Below are positions 8,830 to 18,473 of a stretch of 64,000 nucleotides of DNA, piece after piece. Under the pieces are notes generated by a model. It made no database searches. It was not told where the DNA came from and worked only from the letters and a program-made list of their open reading frames with translations. Made by a program: the position numbers and the translations under genes. The stretch's first letter is position 1, and each line of letters opens with the position of its first letter. Source of the DNA: Candidatus Dormiibacterota bacterium (lineage in GTDB: Bacteria > Chloroflexota > Dormibacteria > Aeolococcales > Aeolococcaceae); NCBI GenBank assembly GCA_963757475.1, contig CAVWRW010000001.1, positions 7,207 to 71,206 on the forward strand. The letters are read 5' to 3'.

Positions 8830-10665
8830 ATGGTGTTCCGCACTAGGGGCACGGCTCGACGCACAGCCATAGCGCTTTCGGTAACCGCATCGGCGGCTCT
8901 TGTCAGCTCCGTAGGAGCGCAGGCGGCCACGCTAGCGGCCACACCGGTCACGACAATCGGTGGCAGCGCAACCGCGCAGGTCTACGCCTGGGGCGCTGCC
9001 ACCATGCCGGACGGTTCCATCCTCATCGGCGACTACTGGAACCTCCGGATCGTCCACTACAACGCCAACGGGACGCCCGCGACGCCGTTCGTATTCGCCG
9101 GCAAGGCCGGCTTCGGCGCTGGTACCAACCAGGCTCCCTTCGGGCTGTGCGTCGACAACAGCACCGGTCCCGGCCGCGGCGACGTGTTCATGACCGAGGG
9201 CAGCCTCTACAACGTCAACGAGTACACCCCGACGGGCACCTTCATCACCAGCTGGGGCAGCAACAAGGCCGTCCACCTGGTGAACTTCACCTATCCGTCG
9301 CAGTGCGCGGTCAACCCGGTCAACGAGAAGCTCTACATCTCCAACCAGTGGGGGAAGAGCATGGTGATTCTCGATCCCCGCAACCCCAGCACCGCGGCGC
9401 AGTTCATCTCACCGCCGGCGCCGAACCAATTCATCCAGCCGCGCAGCCTCGCGTTCGACAGCGCTGGCAACGTCTGGATCGCCGACCAGGGCCACCACCG
9501 CATTGACATTTACCCGAACGGCCTGACCGGCAGCAAGCCGATCAAGACGATCCTCCCGCCGGGCGGCGTGTCGACCACGTTCGACATGCGCGGCCTGGCG
9601 ATCGACACCACCAACAACGTCGCCTTCGTCAGCAACGGCCAGGGCTGCCTCGTGCAGGAATTCAATGCGGATCCCTCGAGTCCCAGCTTCGGTGCGTTCA
9701 TCACCAACTTCAACGGTGTTGGCTCGACCGGCAGTGACTGCGGCACGGGGCCCGGCCAGTTCGAGGACGGCGCTCGGGATATCGCGGTTGACGGCAATCA
9801 CGATGTCTGGGTCAGCGACCTTGGCGACTTCCGGGCCCAAGTCTTCAGTGAGAGGGGGACTCTGCTCAGTGAGGTGCCGACGCCTCCCGGTCCACCGCCA
9901 ACCGGCGGCTTCAACGGACCTCGCGGCGATGCATTCGACGCCGCGGGTGATCTCTTCGTGACCGATACATACAACGAGCGCATGGAGAAGTTCACGCTCG
10001 TCGGCGGTGTCTACAAGTTCTCGCTCGCGTGGGGGATGCGCGGAGAGACACCGAACACTTTCAACTACCCACGGCTCATGTGCTTCGATCCCATGAACGG
10101 CGACATCATCGTCGCCAACACGGACTCCAACGAGGTCGTCGCCTGGAGCACATCGGGTCACGAGGTGTGGGCCGGCATCGGGCTGGCGGATCCGTACGGG
10201 GTTGCATGTGGAGCTACCGGCGACGTGTACGCAGCCAATAGCAACGGTCAGAACGTGGTCGTCTTCAGCAGCTCGGGCGCCACGATCGCGACCATCGGCA
10301 GCAAGCTCGGCTTCCTTAGGGGAATATGGGTTGACAGTGACGGTTCAATCTGGACGGACGTCGCGGCGACCGGAGCCGTTTACCACTTCTCGGCAGCAGG
10401 CGTGCAGCTCTCCAAGTTCACGGTGAGCGCAACCGGTGGTGCGTTCGGGATCGCCGGTGATGCCGGATATCTCTACATCGCGTTGAGCTCGTCGAACACG
10501 GTCGCCCAGTACACGCGTAGTGGCACGCTGGTCAGCACCTTTGGCGGTGCGGGGTCAACACTCGGCAAGCTGCGTACACCTCAGGGCCTCGCCTTCGGAC
10601 CGGACGGCAAGCTCTACGTCGTCGAGCAGAACAACGATCGTGTGAGCGAGTGGACTGTCTCGTAG
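8830..10665 (+). CDS. NHL-repeat secreted protein (intact paralog)
   Basis: 611 aa from the ATG at 8830, with AAGGGGG a few nt upstream. Signal peptide AIALSVTASAALVSSVGAQA. Blades include PRSLAFDSAGNVWIADQGHHRI, PRGDAFDAAGDLFVTDTYNERM and PQGLAFGPDGKLYVVEQNNDRV. Confidence 0.85.
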   Translation: MVFRTRGTARRTAIALSVTASAALVSSVGAQAATLAATPVTTIGGSATAQVYAWGAATMPDGSILIGDYWNLRIVHYNANGTPATPFVFAGKAGFGAGTNQAPFGLCVDNSTGPGRGDVFMTEGSLYNVNEYTPTGTFITSWGSNKAVHLVNFTYPSQCAVNPVNEKLYISNQWGKSMVILDPRNPSTAAQFISPPAPNQFIQPRSLAFDSAGNVWIADQGHHRIDIYPNGLTGSKPIKTILPPGGVSTTFDMRGLAIDTTNNVAFVSNGQGCLVQEFNADPSSPSFGAFITNFNGVGSTGSDCGTGPGQFEDGARDIAVDGNHDVWVSDLGDFRAQVFSERGTLLSEVPTPPGPPPTGGFNGPRGDAFDAAGDLFVTDTYNERMEKFTLVGGVYKFSLAWGMRGETPNTFNYPRLMCFDPMNGDIIVANTDSNEVVAWSTSGHEVWAGIGLADPYGVACGATGDVYAANSNGQNVVVFSSSGATIATIGSKLGFLRGIWVDSDGSIWTDVAATGAVYHFSAAGVQLSKFTVSATGGAFGIAGDAGYLYIALSSSNTVAQYTRSGTLVSTFGGAGSTLGKLRTPQGLAFGPDGKLYVVEQNNDRVSEWTVS

Positions 10666-10695
10666 TCGGTCAGACTTAGCCCCCCCTTTTTTGGG

Positions 10696-10725
10696 CCGTC
10701 GCGGGTGCTCCCTGCTCCGCGACGG
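10696..10725 (+). terminator. stem-loop downstream of the NHL gene
   Basis: Perfect 9-bp inverted repeat CCGTCGCGG...CCGCGACGG, 31 nt after the stop. There is no clear T tract. Confidence 0.35.
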
Positions 10726-10898
10726 GCGTTCCCTTTCAAGACGCGGGCAGTTGGTCGTCGGCCACTAGGTGATAGCCCCTCGCGTCAAACACCCGAATCG
10801 CCCGACACAGATGCCGAAGGAGCCTGGTTGGTGTCAGGTCCAAACCCGAACTTGCTTTGGCTGAAGACGAACGGGGTGGCCGGTGTGCCGTCGGCGTT

Positions 10899-11190
10899 TT
10901 AGTGGACGATCCGGTAGTTCCAGTAGTCACCAACCAGAACGGAGCCGTCGGGCATGGTTGCGGCCCCCCAACCATAGAGAGCCGCCGCGGCGGGGATGGG
11001 CTTTGCCCTGGCCGTTGGTGAGACCGACGGTTGCGCCCGGCGTGCACGCAGTCGGCTTGCAGCCGGTCGGAGGAGGCGCGCTCGCCTGCGCTACCGAGGC
11101 GCCGAGTCCAGCGGTTGCAAACGCGACCGCCAATCCACAGACGACGGCGACCCGGCTCACCCGCGTTCCTCGTAGGCTGATCGCCATCAA
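10899..11190 (-). pseudogene. N-terminal remnant of a third NHL-repeat gene (frame-shifted and truncated)
   Basis: A signal peptide ORF (MMAISLRGTRVSRVAVVCGLAVAFATAGLGASVAQA) is followed in another frame by ...AAALYGWGAATMPDGSVLVGDYWNYRIVH*. This matches residues AQVYAWGAATMPDGSILIGDYWNLRIVH of the intact paralog. Confidence 0.65.
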
Positions 11191-11212
11191 GACCCCTCTC
11201 CGAATACAAGAA

Positions 11213-11236
11213 AGCGGGTGGCAGATGCCACCCGCT
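11213..11236. repeat. palindromic hairpin element, copy H1 (AGCGGGTGG-N6-CCACCCGCT)
   Basis: The same stem sequence recurs at 29757-29783 and 40140-40166. Confidence 0.6.
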
Positions 11237-11468
11237 CGGGGAGAATTACCAACCGATAGACCGCCTCGGCCCCACGCCGACGCCAGCCGTCACATCCACG
11301 ACCCAACGACACCTTCCTCATCTTCTTGGCCCCCGGTCTCGCGCGTTTCCTAGGCCGATCCAAAGCACCCGGACCATGGTCGCCACGGCTCGTCGCACGA
11401 AGCGACGAGAACATATGATCGGACCCCAACCTGAACGCCACATTAAGCGTGTGTAACAACTGCTCCGG

Positions 11469-12701
11469 TCAGGGCAGATCGAGTGTGAACCTCGTGACAT
11501 GGAGCGAAGGCTGATCGAGCCGCACCACGCCTCCGTGTAAACGGGCGATCGTCTGGCAGAGCGCCAGGCCAAGTCCTGCGCCGCCGGTTTCGCGCGTTCT
11601 CGACGGGTCACCTCGCTTGAAGCGCTCGAAGATCTCGTCGCGTAACTCCGGAGCGATGCCGACGCCTGAGTTCGACATAGTCAGGTGCCAGCCGGCGTCA
11701 TCGGCTTCAGCTGCCAGCCAGATCGAGCCTCTGTTTGGTGTGTACCGGCACGCATTGTCCATGAGGTTGTCGAGGAGCCGAGCCAGGAGCATCGGATCGC
11801 CCTGGACCATCCCTTGGTCGGGCAGCTCCAACTCGAGGTTGAGGTTTCGCGTTTCGACGACGGCCTGCCATCGGGCGGCAACATCGGCAAGAAGGTCCGC
11901 GACGTCGACGGGTTCCCGCTGAATGGCGAGGTGTCCCTCGTCCGCGCGAGCCAGAATGAGCAAGGCGTTCGCCAGCTCGCTGAGGCGAATGACTTCGCGC
12001 TGCAGAATGGTCAGGCTCTCGTGGTACTCAGCGGCGCGCCGCGGTCGGTCCAGGGCTCGATCTGCAACAGTGCGCATGATCGCCAGCGGGGCACGCAACT
12101 CGTGAGCGGCGTCGGCCGTGAAGTCCACAAGACGCGAGTTGAGGCGGCGGAGTTCATTCGCCTGGGCGCCGAGAGCTTCGACGGCTTCACTGAGCTCGGC
12201 ACTCAGTTGTTGGTTCTGAGCCAGCTGAGCGGCGGTCTCGTCAGCCCGCTGGCGCTCGATGTCGAGCAACCGTCCATGAAGCTCGCTCCGCCTATGCTCT
12301 GAGCGTTGCAGGGCGATGACAGCGAGGCGTCCGACAACCGCAACGATCACAACCGCGGTGAACTGGAATCCCCCGGTCACGCGATCGACGGCACCATCCA
12401 CGACCGCCGCGATGATGACGGCCAACGCTGCCGCGGCCACAGTCGTCGCCCAGGGCGTCGGGAGTGTCCACGTTCCGACGAGCACCGCTAACAGTGCATA
12501 GCTCCCAAGGGTCACACCCGGAAGCACGGCAGTTTCTCCGATGAGCACCAGGGCCAGGCCCGCGATGCAGACCGTGAAGACGGCCGCGATCTGTCCAGCC
12601 CCAGTAAGCTGTTGCGGTCGACTCAGCAGATGCCGTGCCCAGCGTTTGGTCCGGCGTGGGGGAGTTGCCGACCGTGGCGCGGTCGTCGAGGCGTTACCCA
12701 T
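11469..12701 (-). CDS. sensor histidine kinase (HisKA + HATPase_c)
   Basis: H-box AAHELRAPLA, N box DNLMDNACRYTP, G box GGAGLGLALCQ, and an N-terminal TM segment. Its ATG overlaps the response-regulator stop by 8 nt. Confidence 0.85.
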   Translation of the reverse strand: MGNASTTAPRSATPPRRTKRWARHLLSRPQQLTGAGQIAAVFTVCIAGLALVLIGETAVLPGVTLGSYALLAVLVGTWTLPTPWATTVAAAALAVIIAAVVDGAVDRVTGGFQFTAVVIVAVVGRLAVIALQRSEHRRSELHGRLLDIERQRADETAAQLAQNQQLSAELSEAVEALGAQANELRRLNSRLVDFTADAAHELRAPLAIMRTVADRALDRPRRAAEYHESLTILQREVIRLSELANALLILARADEGHLAIQREPVDVADLLADVAARWQAVVETRNLNLELELPDQGMVQGDPMLLARLLDNLMDNACRYTPNRGSIWLAAEADDAGWHLTMSNSGVGIAPELRDEIFERFKRGDPSRTRETGGAGLGLALCQTIARLHGGVVRLDQPSLHVTRFTLDLP

Positions 12702-13380
12702 TGCGCGGGAGGGGCTCGAGGCGGTAGCCGCTTCCTCGCGTGGTCACGATGTTGTGGTCAGCCCCTGCCGACTCCAATTTGCGCCGCAGACGCGCGATGT
12801 ACACCTGGACGAGGTTCGACCGAGAAGAGTAGTCGTAGCTCCAGGTGTGGTCGTGCACCTGCACCGAGCTCATCAGCTGGCCGATGTGGTGCACGAACAG
12901 TTCCAGGATGGAGTACTCCTTGCTCGTCAAGGGGAGTGGCCGCTCGGTCACCCTCACGATGTGGGCTCGAGTGTCGATTGCGATGTTTCCTGCGCGCAGT
13001 ACGGCGCCACGATCCGGCAGGTTTCGCCGGACGAGCGCCCGAATGCGAGCGAGCAGTTCCTGGAACGCGAAGGGCTTGACGAGGTAGTCGTCAGCACCCG
13101 CCTCGAGCCCAATGACACGATCTCGAATGGCGTCACGCCCGGTCAGCATCATGATGCCGGCGCCAATCTTCCGATGTCGCAGCTCCCGGCAGACCGCGAA
13201 CCCGTCCATTGTCGGCGGCAGCATCACGTCAATGATCACGACGTCGAAAGCGGCCGTCGTTGCAGCCACGATGGCGTCGACGCCGTTCTCGACCGTGTCG
13301 ACACCAATTCCGTATTCGACCAAGCCACGGCTGACCTCCTTGGCCAGGATGACATCGTCCTCCACCATGAGTACTCGCAT
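12694..13380 (-). CDS. OmpR/PhoB-family response regulator
   Basis: Receiver domain MRVLMVEDD...DVVIIDVMLP, plus a winged-helix output (LVQVYIARLRRKLE...TRGSGYRL). Confidence 0.9.
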   Translation of the reverse strand: MRVLMVEDDVILAKEVSRGLVEYGIGVDTVENGVDAIVAATTAAFDVVIIDVMLPPTMDGFAVCRELRHRKIGAGIMMLTGRDAIRDRVIGLEAGADDYLVKPFAFQELLARIRALVRRNLPDRGAVLRAGNIAIDTRAHIVRVTERPLPLTSKEYSILELFVHHIGQLMSSVQVHDHTWSYDYSSRSNLVQVYIARLRRKLESAGADHNIVTTRGSGYRLEPLPRNG

Positions 13381-13452
13381 AACCGGAAGGTATCGCGTCC
13401 CGGGGTCTGGTGGCGAGGCCTCGCGCGTTCCCGGGGACCGAACGGACGCCCC

Positions 13453-13469
13453 GTCACCTTCCTGTCACC
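13453..13469. promoter_or_regulatory. direct repeat GTCACC-N5-GTCACC between the response regulator and the Flp gene (candidate OmpR-type site)
   Basis: Two identical hexamers spaced 11 bp apart in the divergent intergenic region. The spacing matches one helical turn, as is typical for OmpR/PhoB sites. Confidence 0.25.
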
Positions 13470-13572
13470 GCGCCGCCGAAGAACGTGAGATGGACTGTGT
13501 CGTCCTTTTCAGGTGGGGTTCATGTGCACGGCGCATCCTGTGGCGAGTTACTCAGCTCCAGCGGAGAAGATC

Positions 13573-13773
13573 ATGCAGTGCGGCTACATTCGTTGTCGTG
13601 AGGTTGCTCTCAACCAGCTCAAAACGCATCTCCAAGCCCAAAACGGCCAGGGCATGGTCGAATACGCGCTCGTCCTTGTGCTGATCGCCATAGTCGTCAT
13701 CGTCGTGCTGACGACTGTAGGGAAGCAGGTCAACAATGTGTTCTCAAATATCAGCAAGGGTCTCGGTTCCTGA
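13573..13773 (+). CDS. Flp/Fap family type IVb pilin (prepilin)
   Basis: 66 aa from the ATG at 13573 (GGAGAAG RBS). The motif GQG/MVEYALVLVLIAIVVIVVLTTVG is the Flp G/xxxEY processing site plus hydrophobic core. Confidence 0.8.
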   Translation: MQCGYIRCREVALNQLKTHLQAQNGQGMVEYALVLVLIAIVVIVVLTTVGKQVNNVFSNISKGLGS

Positions 13774-13812
13774 TCCACGCTGGTGATCGTTACCCCGGGA
13801 GTTGACTGAAAC

Positions 13813-14040
13813 TCACCGAAGTTCCACAGAACCACTGTGAAGCGGCTTCGCGAGGAGTCCGATCGCGATTGGTTCTCCGCATTCGGGGCACTCCGCGGGC
13901 CGCTGTATGAGGCACCGATTTCTATCCGCGTCCTTACCGTCCGTTATTGAGACGGCAATTGCACCCCCGCATCCGAGGCAGTCGTACGTCAGGTGCATTG
14001 CACTGACGCGGCTCCCGACGAGGTTCACGTCCTGGACCAT
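13813..14040 (-). CDS. small zinc-ribbon protein (CxxC...CxxC), function unknown
   Basis: 75 aa with a strong GGGAGG RBS about 9 nt upstream of the ATG. It contains CLGCGG...(25 aa)...CPECGE. Confidence 0.5.
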   Translation of the reverse strand: MVQDVNLVGSRVSAMHLTYDCLGCGGAIAVSITDGKDADRNRCLIQRPAECPECGEPIAIGLLAKPLHSGSVELR

Positions 14041-14145
14041 CCGTGTGTCCTCCCGTAGCTCAACCGAACGCTCGCGCCAAATATTGCCACGGTCGGGAGC
14101 GATGCGCGACAGTCCCAGGTTGCGAGCGATGCTCGCGACCCCGAC

Positions 14146-15090
14146 TTAGGCGGCCTCCTCGCCCTCGGTCGCGCGTTCCATGGTCGCGCCAACCTTCCTT
14201 GACGTTAAGTCGAGGACCGTGCGGTGCGATCGGTCGCGCAGACGTACTGCCGCCCACGCACCAAGCAGAGCGATCGCGCTGAGACCGAGGACCAGTCCGA
14301 GGACCGGCGTCGGCACGGTCAACAGCTTCAATCCGGAGACGAGCAACACCGCGCCCAACACTGACCTCAGGAAGAGCGTCGGCGCGTACGAGGAGACGGT
14401 GGACCCGATGAGGACGCCCGGAATGCTGCCAATCAGGATCGACGCGGTGAGCCCGATCGCGAAGTCGCCAAACAGGATGTGAGCGAGCGCAGCGGACCCC
14501 ACCATCGGGATCGCCTGAGCAAGGTCGGTGCCGACCATCTGTGAGCCGCGCAACCGTGGATACAGAAAAAGCAACAAGATGATCACCAGGGTCCCGGAGC
14601 CGACCGACGTGATCCCGACGATGAACCCAATCGACGCTCCGATTGCCAGGGTCGGAGCTTTCTTAATGGTCAGTCTGGCTTCAACGTCGGGAGCTTTCGG
14701 GCTTCGGTGGTCGAGGACCATCTTCACCCCCAGGGCTGCGACGGCCACGAGAAGAACACCGCCGAGCGTGAGGCTGACAATGCTCTGAATGCGTGTGCCG
14801 TCGCCGACCCATTTAAGAAAGATCACACCGAGGAAGGCTGACGGCACCGAGGCAAGGGCGAGCCACGCAACGAGTCCCCATTGGACGGTGCCCCGCCCTG
14901 CATGAACGGCTGCGCCAATGGGTTTCATGACGAGGGAGGCGACCAGGTCGCTAGCCACCGCTGCCACGGGCTGCACGTGAAACAAGAGGACCAGCACCGG
15001 GGTCATCAACGCGCCGCCCCCCATGCCAGTGAGGCCGACAGCGCAGCCCACGATGAGGCCGGCCAGCGCTATGTAGAGATCAATGTGCAC
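14146..15090 (-). CDS. TauE/SafE (DUF81) family anion exporter
   Basis: Polytopic membrane protein with GLTGMGGGALMTPVL and repeated glycine-rich TM helices. I prefer the GTG start at 15090 (VHIDLYIALAG) over the track start at 15177. Confidence 0.75.
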   Translation of the reverse strand: MHIDLYIALAGLIVGCAVGLTGMGGGALMTPVLVLLFHVQPVAAVASDLVASLVMKPIGAAVHAGRGTVQWGLVAWLALASVPSAFLGVIFLKWVGDGTRIQSIVSLTLGGVLLVAVAALGVKMVLDHRSPKAPDVEARLTIKKAPTLAIGASIGFIVGITSVGSGTLVIILLLFLYPRLRGSQMVGTDLAQAIPMVGSAALAHILFGDFAIGLTASILIGSIPGVLIGSTVSSYAPTLFLRSVLGAVLLVSGLKLLTVPTPVLGLVLGLSAIALLGAWAAVRLRDRSHRTVLDLTSRKVGATMERATEGEEAA

Positions 15091-15383
15091 CCCGGATTCC
15101 CCTTCAAATCCGCCCCATCTCTGGCGCCGCGTTTGACGCCCTCGCGCCACTTTGACGGATATTTGCTCGACGAGCAATGAGGGTCAAGCGATCGAAGCCA
15201 TCCGGTCATCCAATGAGTGGACAGGCCTGGAGGGACTGTTCACCGTCCTGGGAACGTGATAGTCGGCGCTACACTATTCGGTACACGCAGAGCATCATTA
15301 GGGGACCTAAAACACTGACTGGTCGGTTGCGGATTCCTTAGGGGTAAAGATCAGCGATCCGGCCTGCAACCGGGAGAAACACC

Positions 15384-17177
15384 ATGGCGGATACCGTTGG
15401 TGATGACTTGGTACGACGTCTAGGAGCCTGGGGAGTCAGCCGCATCTACGGGTACCCAGGCGATGGCATCAACGGCATTCTCGGCGCACTCCAACGAGCG
15501 GGAAACAGGCCGGAGTTCATTCAGACCCGTCATGAGGAGATGGCCGCCTTCATGGCATGTGCTCATGCCAAATTCACCGGTGAGCTCGGCGTCTGCATGG
15601 CCACGTCGGGCCCGGGAGCGATCCACCTGCTGAACGGTCTGTATGACGCCAAACTCGACCATCAGCCGGTGGTCGCGATCATGGGACAGACCTTTGCCAG
15701 TGTGATGGGCGGCGATCAGCAACAGGAGGTCGATCTCCTCAGCCTATACAAGGACGTCGCGAGCGCATATGTGCAGCAGGTCAATGTGCCTTCCGCCCTG
15801 CACCACTGTATCGACCGCGCGTTCCGGATCGCAGCGGCGGAGAGGACCGTCACTGCGGTGATCATCCCCGGTGACGTTCAGGACATGAAGGCCGTCGCGC
15901 AGCCGCAGTCGATCAAGTCGGTGCACACCGGCGTGGGATACGTCCGCGACCGTGGGTTACCTGCGGAGGAAGACCTTCACAAGGCTGCCGAGGTGCTCAA
16001 CTCCGGCAAGAAGATCGCCATGCTGGTCGGGGCCGGCGCGCTGGACTCAACCGACGAGGTCCTCGCGATTGCCGATCTGCTGGGCGCGGGGATAGCCAAA
16101 GCCCTGCTCGGCAAGGCTGCCGTGCCTGACGACATTCCGTACTGCACCAATTCCATCGGCCTCCTGGGGACGAAGCCGAGCTGGGAGATGATGCGGGATG
16201 CCGACACGCTGCTTGTCGTTGGAAGTTCGTTTCCCTACGCCAACTTCCTGCCCCCGATCGGCCAGGCACGAGGCGTGCAGATTGACCGTTCGGCTCGCAT
16301 GCTCAGCCTGCGCTACCCCATGGAAGTCAACCTTCTGGGCGACAGCAAAGCGACGCTCAAAGAGCTGCTCCCGCACTTGCGCCGCAACCAGGATCGGTCC
16401 TTCCAGGAGACCATCGTCAAGAACGTCGCTGACTGGTGGCGCTTGATGGAAGACCGCGGCCAACCGGAGGACCGTGAAGGTGGCCGCGTGCGTCCCCAGG
16501 CTCTGTTTGCGGCACTGTCGCGCCATCTCCCTGACAACGCCGTCGTCACGAGTGATTCCGGGTCAGCCGCAAACTGGTATGCACGCTACGTCCGCATCCG
16601 GCGAGGCATGAAGGCGACGTTGTCCGGAAATCTCGCCACCATGGTGCCGGGGGTGCCGTACACCATAGCCGCGAAGTTTGCCTACCCGGATCGCGTGGCC
16701 GTGGGAACCATCGGCGACGGTGCCATGCAGATGGGCGGCATGGCCGAGCTGCTCACCGCAGCCAAATACTTCCACACCTGGAAGGACCCGCGCATGGTGA
16801 TCCTTGTGCTCAACAACGAGGACCTCAACCAGGTCACGTGGGAGCAGCGTGTGATGGAAGGCGATCCACGTTTCGATGCATCGCAGCAACTGCCGTATAT
16901 GCCGTTTCACGAATATGCGCGTCTCATCGGACTCGGCAGCGTCAAAGTCGATCGTGCGTCGCAGATTGATGATGCGATGGCGCAGGCGTTCTCCGCGGAC
17001 CGGCCATTCGTCATCGACGCGATGACCGACCCTGAGGAGCCTCCGCTGCCACCCCATATCACCTTCAAGCAGGCTGAAGACTTCACCAAGTCCTTCGTCG
17101 CTGAGCCGTCCGCGGGTCTCGCGGGGGTTGTCAACGCAATGCGTGAGAAGGTCGACGAGTTCGTGCCCGGTCGATAG
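15384..17177 (+). CDS. thiamine-diphosphate-dependent enzyme, PoxB-like (pyruvate oxidase / pyruvate dehydrogenase (quinone) family)
   Basis: 597 aa. The N-terminal TPP_enzyme_N pattern is GYPGDGINGILGAL...TRHEEMAAFMACAHAKFTGELGVCMATSGPGAIHLLNGLYDA. The C-terminal TPP motif is GDGAMQMGGMAELLTA...VLVLNNEDL. Confidence 0.85.
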   Translation: MADTVGDDLVRRLGAWGVSRIYGYPGDGINGILGALQRAGNRPEFIQTRHEEMAAFMACAHAKFTGELGVCMATSGPGAIHLLNGLYDAKLDHQPVVAIMGQTFASVMGGDQQQEVDLLSLYKDVASAYVQQVNVPSALHHCIDRAFRIAAAERTVTAVIIPGDVQDMKAVAQPQSIKSVHTGVGYVRDRGLPAEEDLHKAAEVLNSGKKIAMLVGAGALDSTDEVLAIADLLGAGIAKALLGKAAVPDDIPYCTNSIGLLGTKPSWEMMRDADTLLVVGSSFPYANFLPPIGQARGVQIDRSARMLSLRYPMEVNLLGDSKATLKELLPHLRRNQDRSFQETIVKNVADWWRLMEDRGQPEDREGGRVRPQALFAALSRHLPDNAVVTSDSGSAANWYARYVRIRRGMKATLSGNLATMVPGVPYTIAAKFAYPDRVAVGTIGDGAMQMGGMAELLTAAKYFHTWKDPRMVILVLNNEDLNQVTWEQRVMEGDPRFDASQQLPYMPFHEYARLIGLGSVKVDRASQIDDAMAQAFSADRPFVIDAMTDPEEPPLPPHITFKQAEDFTKSFVAEPSAGLAGVVNAMREKVDEFVPGR

Positions 17178-17179
17178 GC

Positions 17180-17638
17180 GTGAAGTACCCCACCCGTGCC
17201 ACCCGGTCGACGCACCTCATCGACCGAATGGTAAGCAATGTCGAGCACGGGCGTTTCGAGCGCTCGCTCTGTGCGTTGACGGCGGTGGGCGCGCTGGTGA
17301 CGACCGCTGAGGTGTATTTCGAGCACTACAAAGCGAGCTTCGGCAACAAGATGATGTGGAGCCCGATCGTGGTGACTCCACCGGTGGTGATCGCCGGAAT
17401 CGGCGGGGTGTTCAGCGAGAAGTGGGCCAAGACGTGGTTGCCTCTGGCCGCAGGCTTGTACACGCTCAACGGCGCGCTGGGGGAGTATTACCACGCCCGC
17501 GGCGTCGCGAGGAAACCGGGCGGGTGGCGACTCGCCTCCTATAACGTCCCGATGGGGCCGCCGATCATGGCCCCCGGCCTCATGACCATCGTGGGTGGAA
17601 TGGGCCTGCTCGCCGCCGTGCTTCGGCGCGAACGCTGA
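17180..17638 (+). CDS. hypothetical membrane protein
   Basis: 152 aa with 3-4 hydrophobic helices, tightly packed between the TPP enzyme and the next gene. Confidence 0.55.
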   Translation: MKYPTRATRSTHLIDRMVSNVEHGRFERSLCALTAVGALVTTAEVYFEHYKASFGNKMMWSPIVVTPPVVIAGIGGVFSEKWAKTWLPLAAGLYTLNGALGEYYHARGVARKPGGWRLASYNVPMGPPIMAPGLMTIVGGMGLLAAVLRRER

Positions 17639-17640
17639 CG

Positions 17641-18375
17641 ATGCCGGACCTGTCACGCCCGGATCACCTTCCCAACCATCGCCCTGATCGGCAGCCACCA
17701 GATAAGTCGTGGTTGCCGACCCAGCGCTGGGGGACGACGCCGCAGATGATCGGACGCTACCCGGACTACGACGTCTTCGACGCTGTCGAGTCATGGGATG
17801 CGGCGACGCGCAGGGTCGTCGATGAGCGCATGCGCAGCGCGACTCGTGCATTGCGCTTCTTTCGTTCCGAGGAAGAGCCGACGCTTCGAGCATTTTGCGA
17901 CGTGGTGACAGCCCAGGACGGCGATCCGCGCGTCCCGGTCGCAGAACTCGTGGATCAGAAGCTCGAGTCGGGGCGCCTCGACGGCTACCAATATGCCGGC
18001 ATGCCCGACGACCGCGAGACCTGGCACCGAGTGCTGCAAGGACTCGATGAGATCGCCGACCGTCGCTATGCGCAGTCGAGCTTTGCCCAGCTGGACGATT
18101 CGGCTCGTGAGGCCGTGGTTGGCGAATTCGCGAAAGGGCTGCTCCAGGGTGGGGTCTGGGCCTCGGTCAACGTCAAGCGGGCGTTTTCCGTCTGCATGCG
18201 CGCCATCCTCGCGGCGTTCTACTCACACCCCTGGGCTTGGAACGAAATCGGTTTCGGCGGTCCGGCGTATCCCCGTGGATATATGCGGCTCGGGTCTTTG
18301 GCGGTACGAGAACCGTACGAACGACCAGGGGCTACAGACGAGGATCCGGTCGGCTTCGCACGAGAAGAGCCTTGA
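17641..18375 (+). CDS. gluconate 2-dehydrogenase subunit 3-like protein (small subunit of GMC-type dehydrogenases)
   Basis: 244 aa. The segment FFRSEEEPTLRAFCDVVTAQDGDP...ELVDQKL resembles the Gluconate_2-dh3 family. It is adjacent to a GMC oxidoreductase. Confidence 0.5.
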   Translation: MPDLSRPDHLPNHRPDRQPPDKSWLPTQRWGTTPQMIGRYPDYDVFDAVESWDAATRRVVDERMRSATRALRFFRSEEEPTLRAFCDVVTAQDGDPRVPVAELVDQKLESGRLDGYQYAGMPDDRETWHRVLQGLDEIADRRYAQSSFAQLDDSAREAVVGEFAKGLLQGGVWASVNVKRAFSVCMRAILAAFYSHPWAWNEIGFGGPAYPRGYMRLGSLAVREPYERPGATDEDPVGFAREEP

Positions 18376-18473
18376 TCGACGCCAACATCTTGAAAGGATC
18401 GCGCGGTCCAATCGCGAACAACTCACGGCTCCTCTTGGATGTCCATCGACGCAACCTGCCGGGTGAGGCAACG

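Noticed and set aside
15181-15383. Riboswitch, for example TPP, in the 200-nt leader of the PoxB-like gene
   Set aside because: I could not find the conserved CUGAGA / ACCUGA-type TPP aptamer elements or another aptamer consensus by eye. The question remains open but unsupported.
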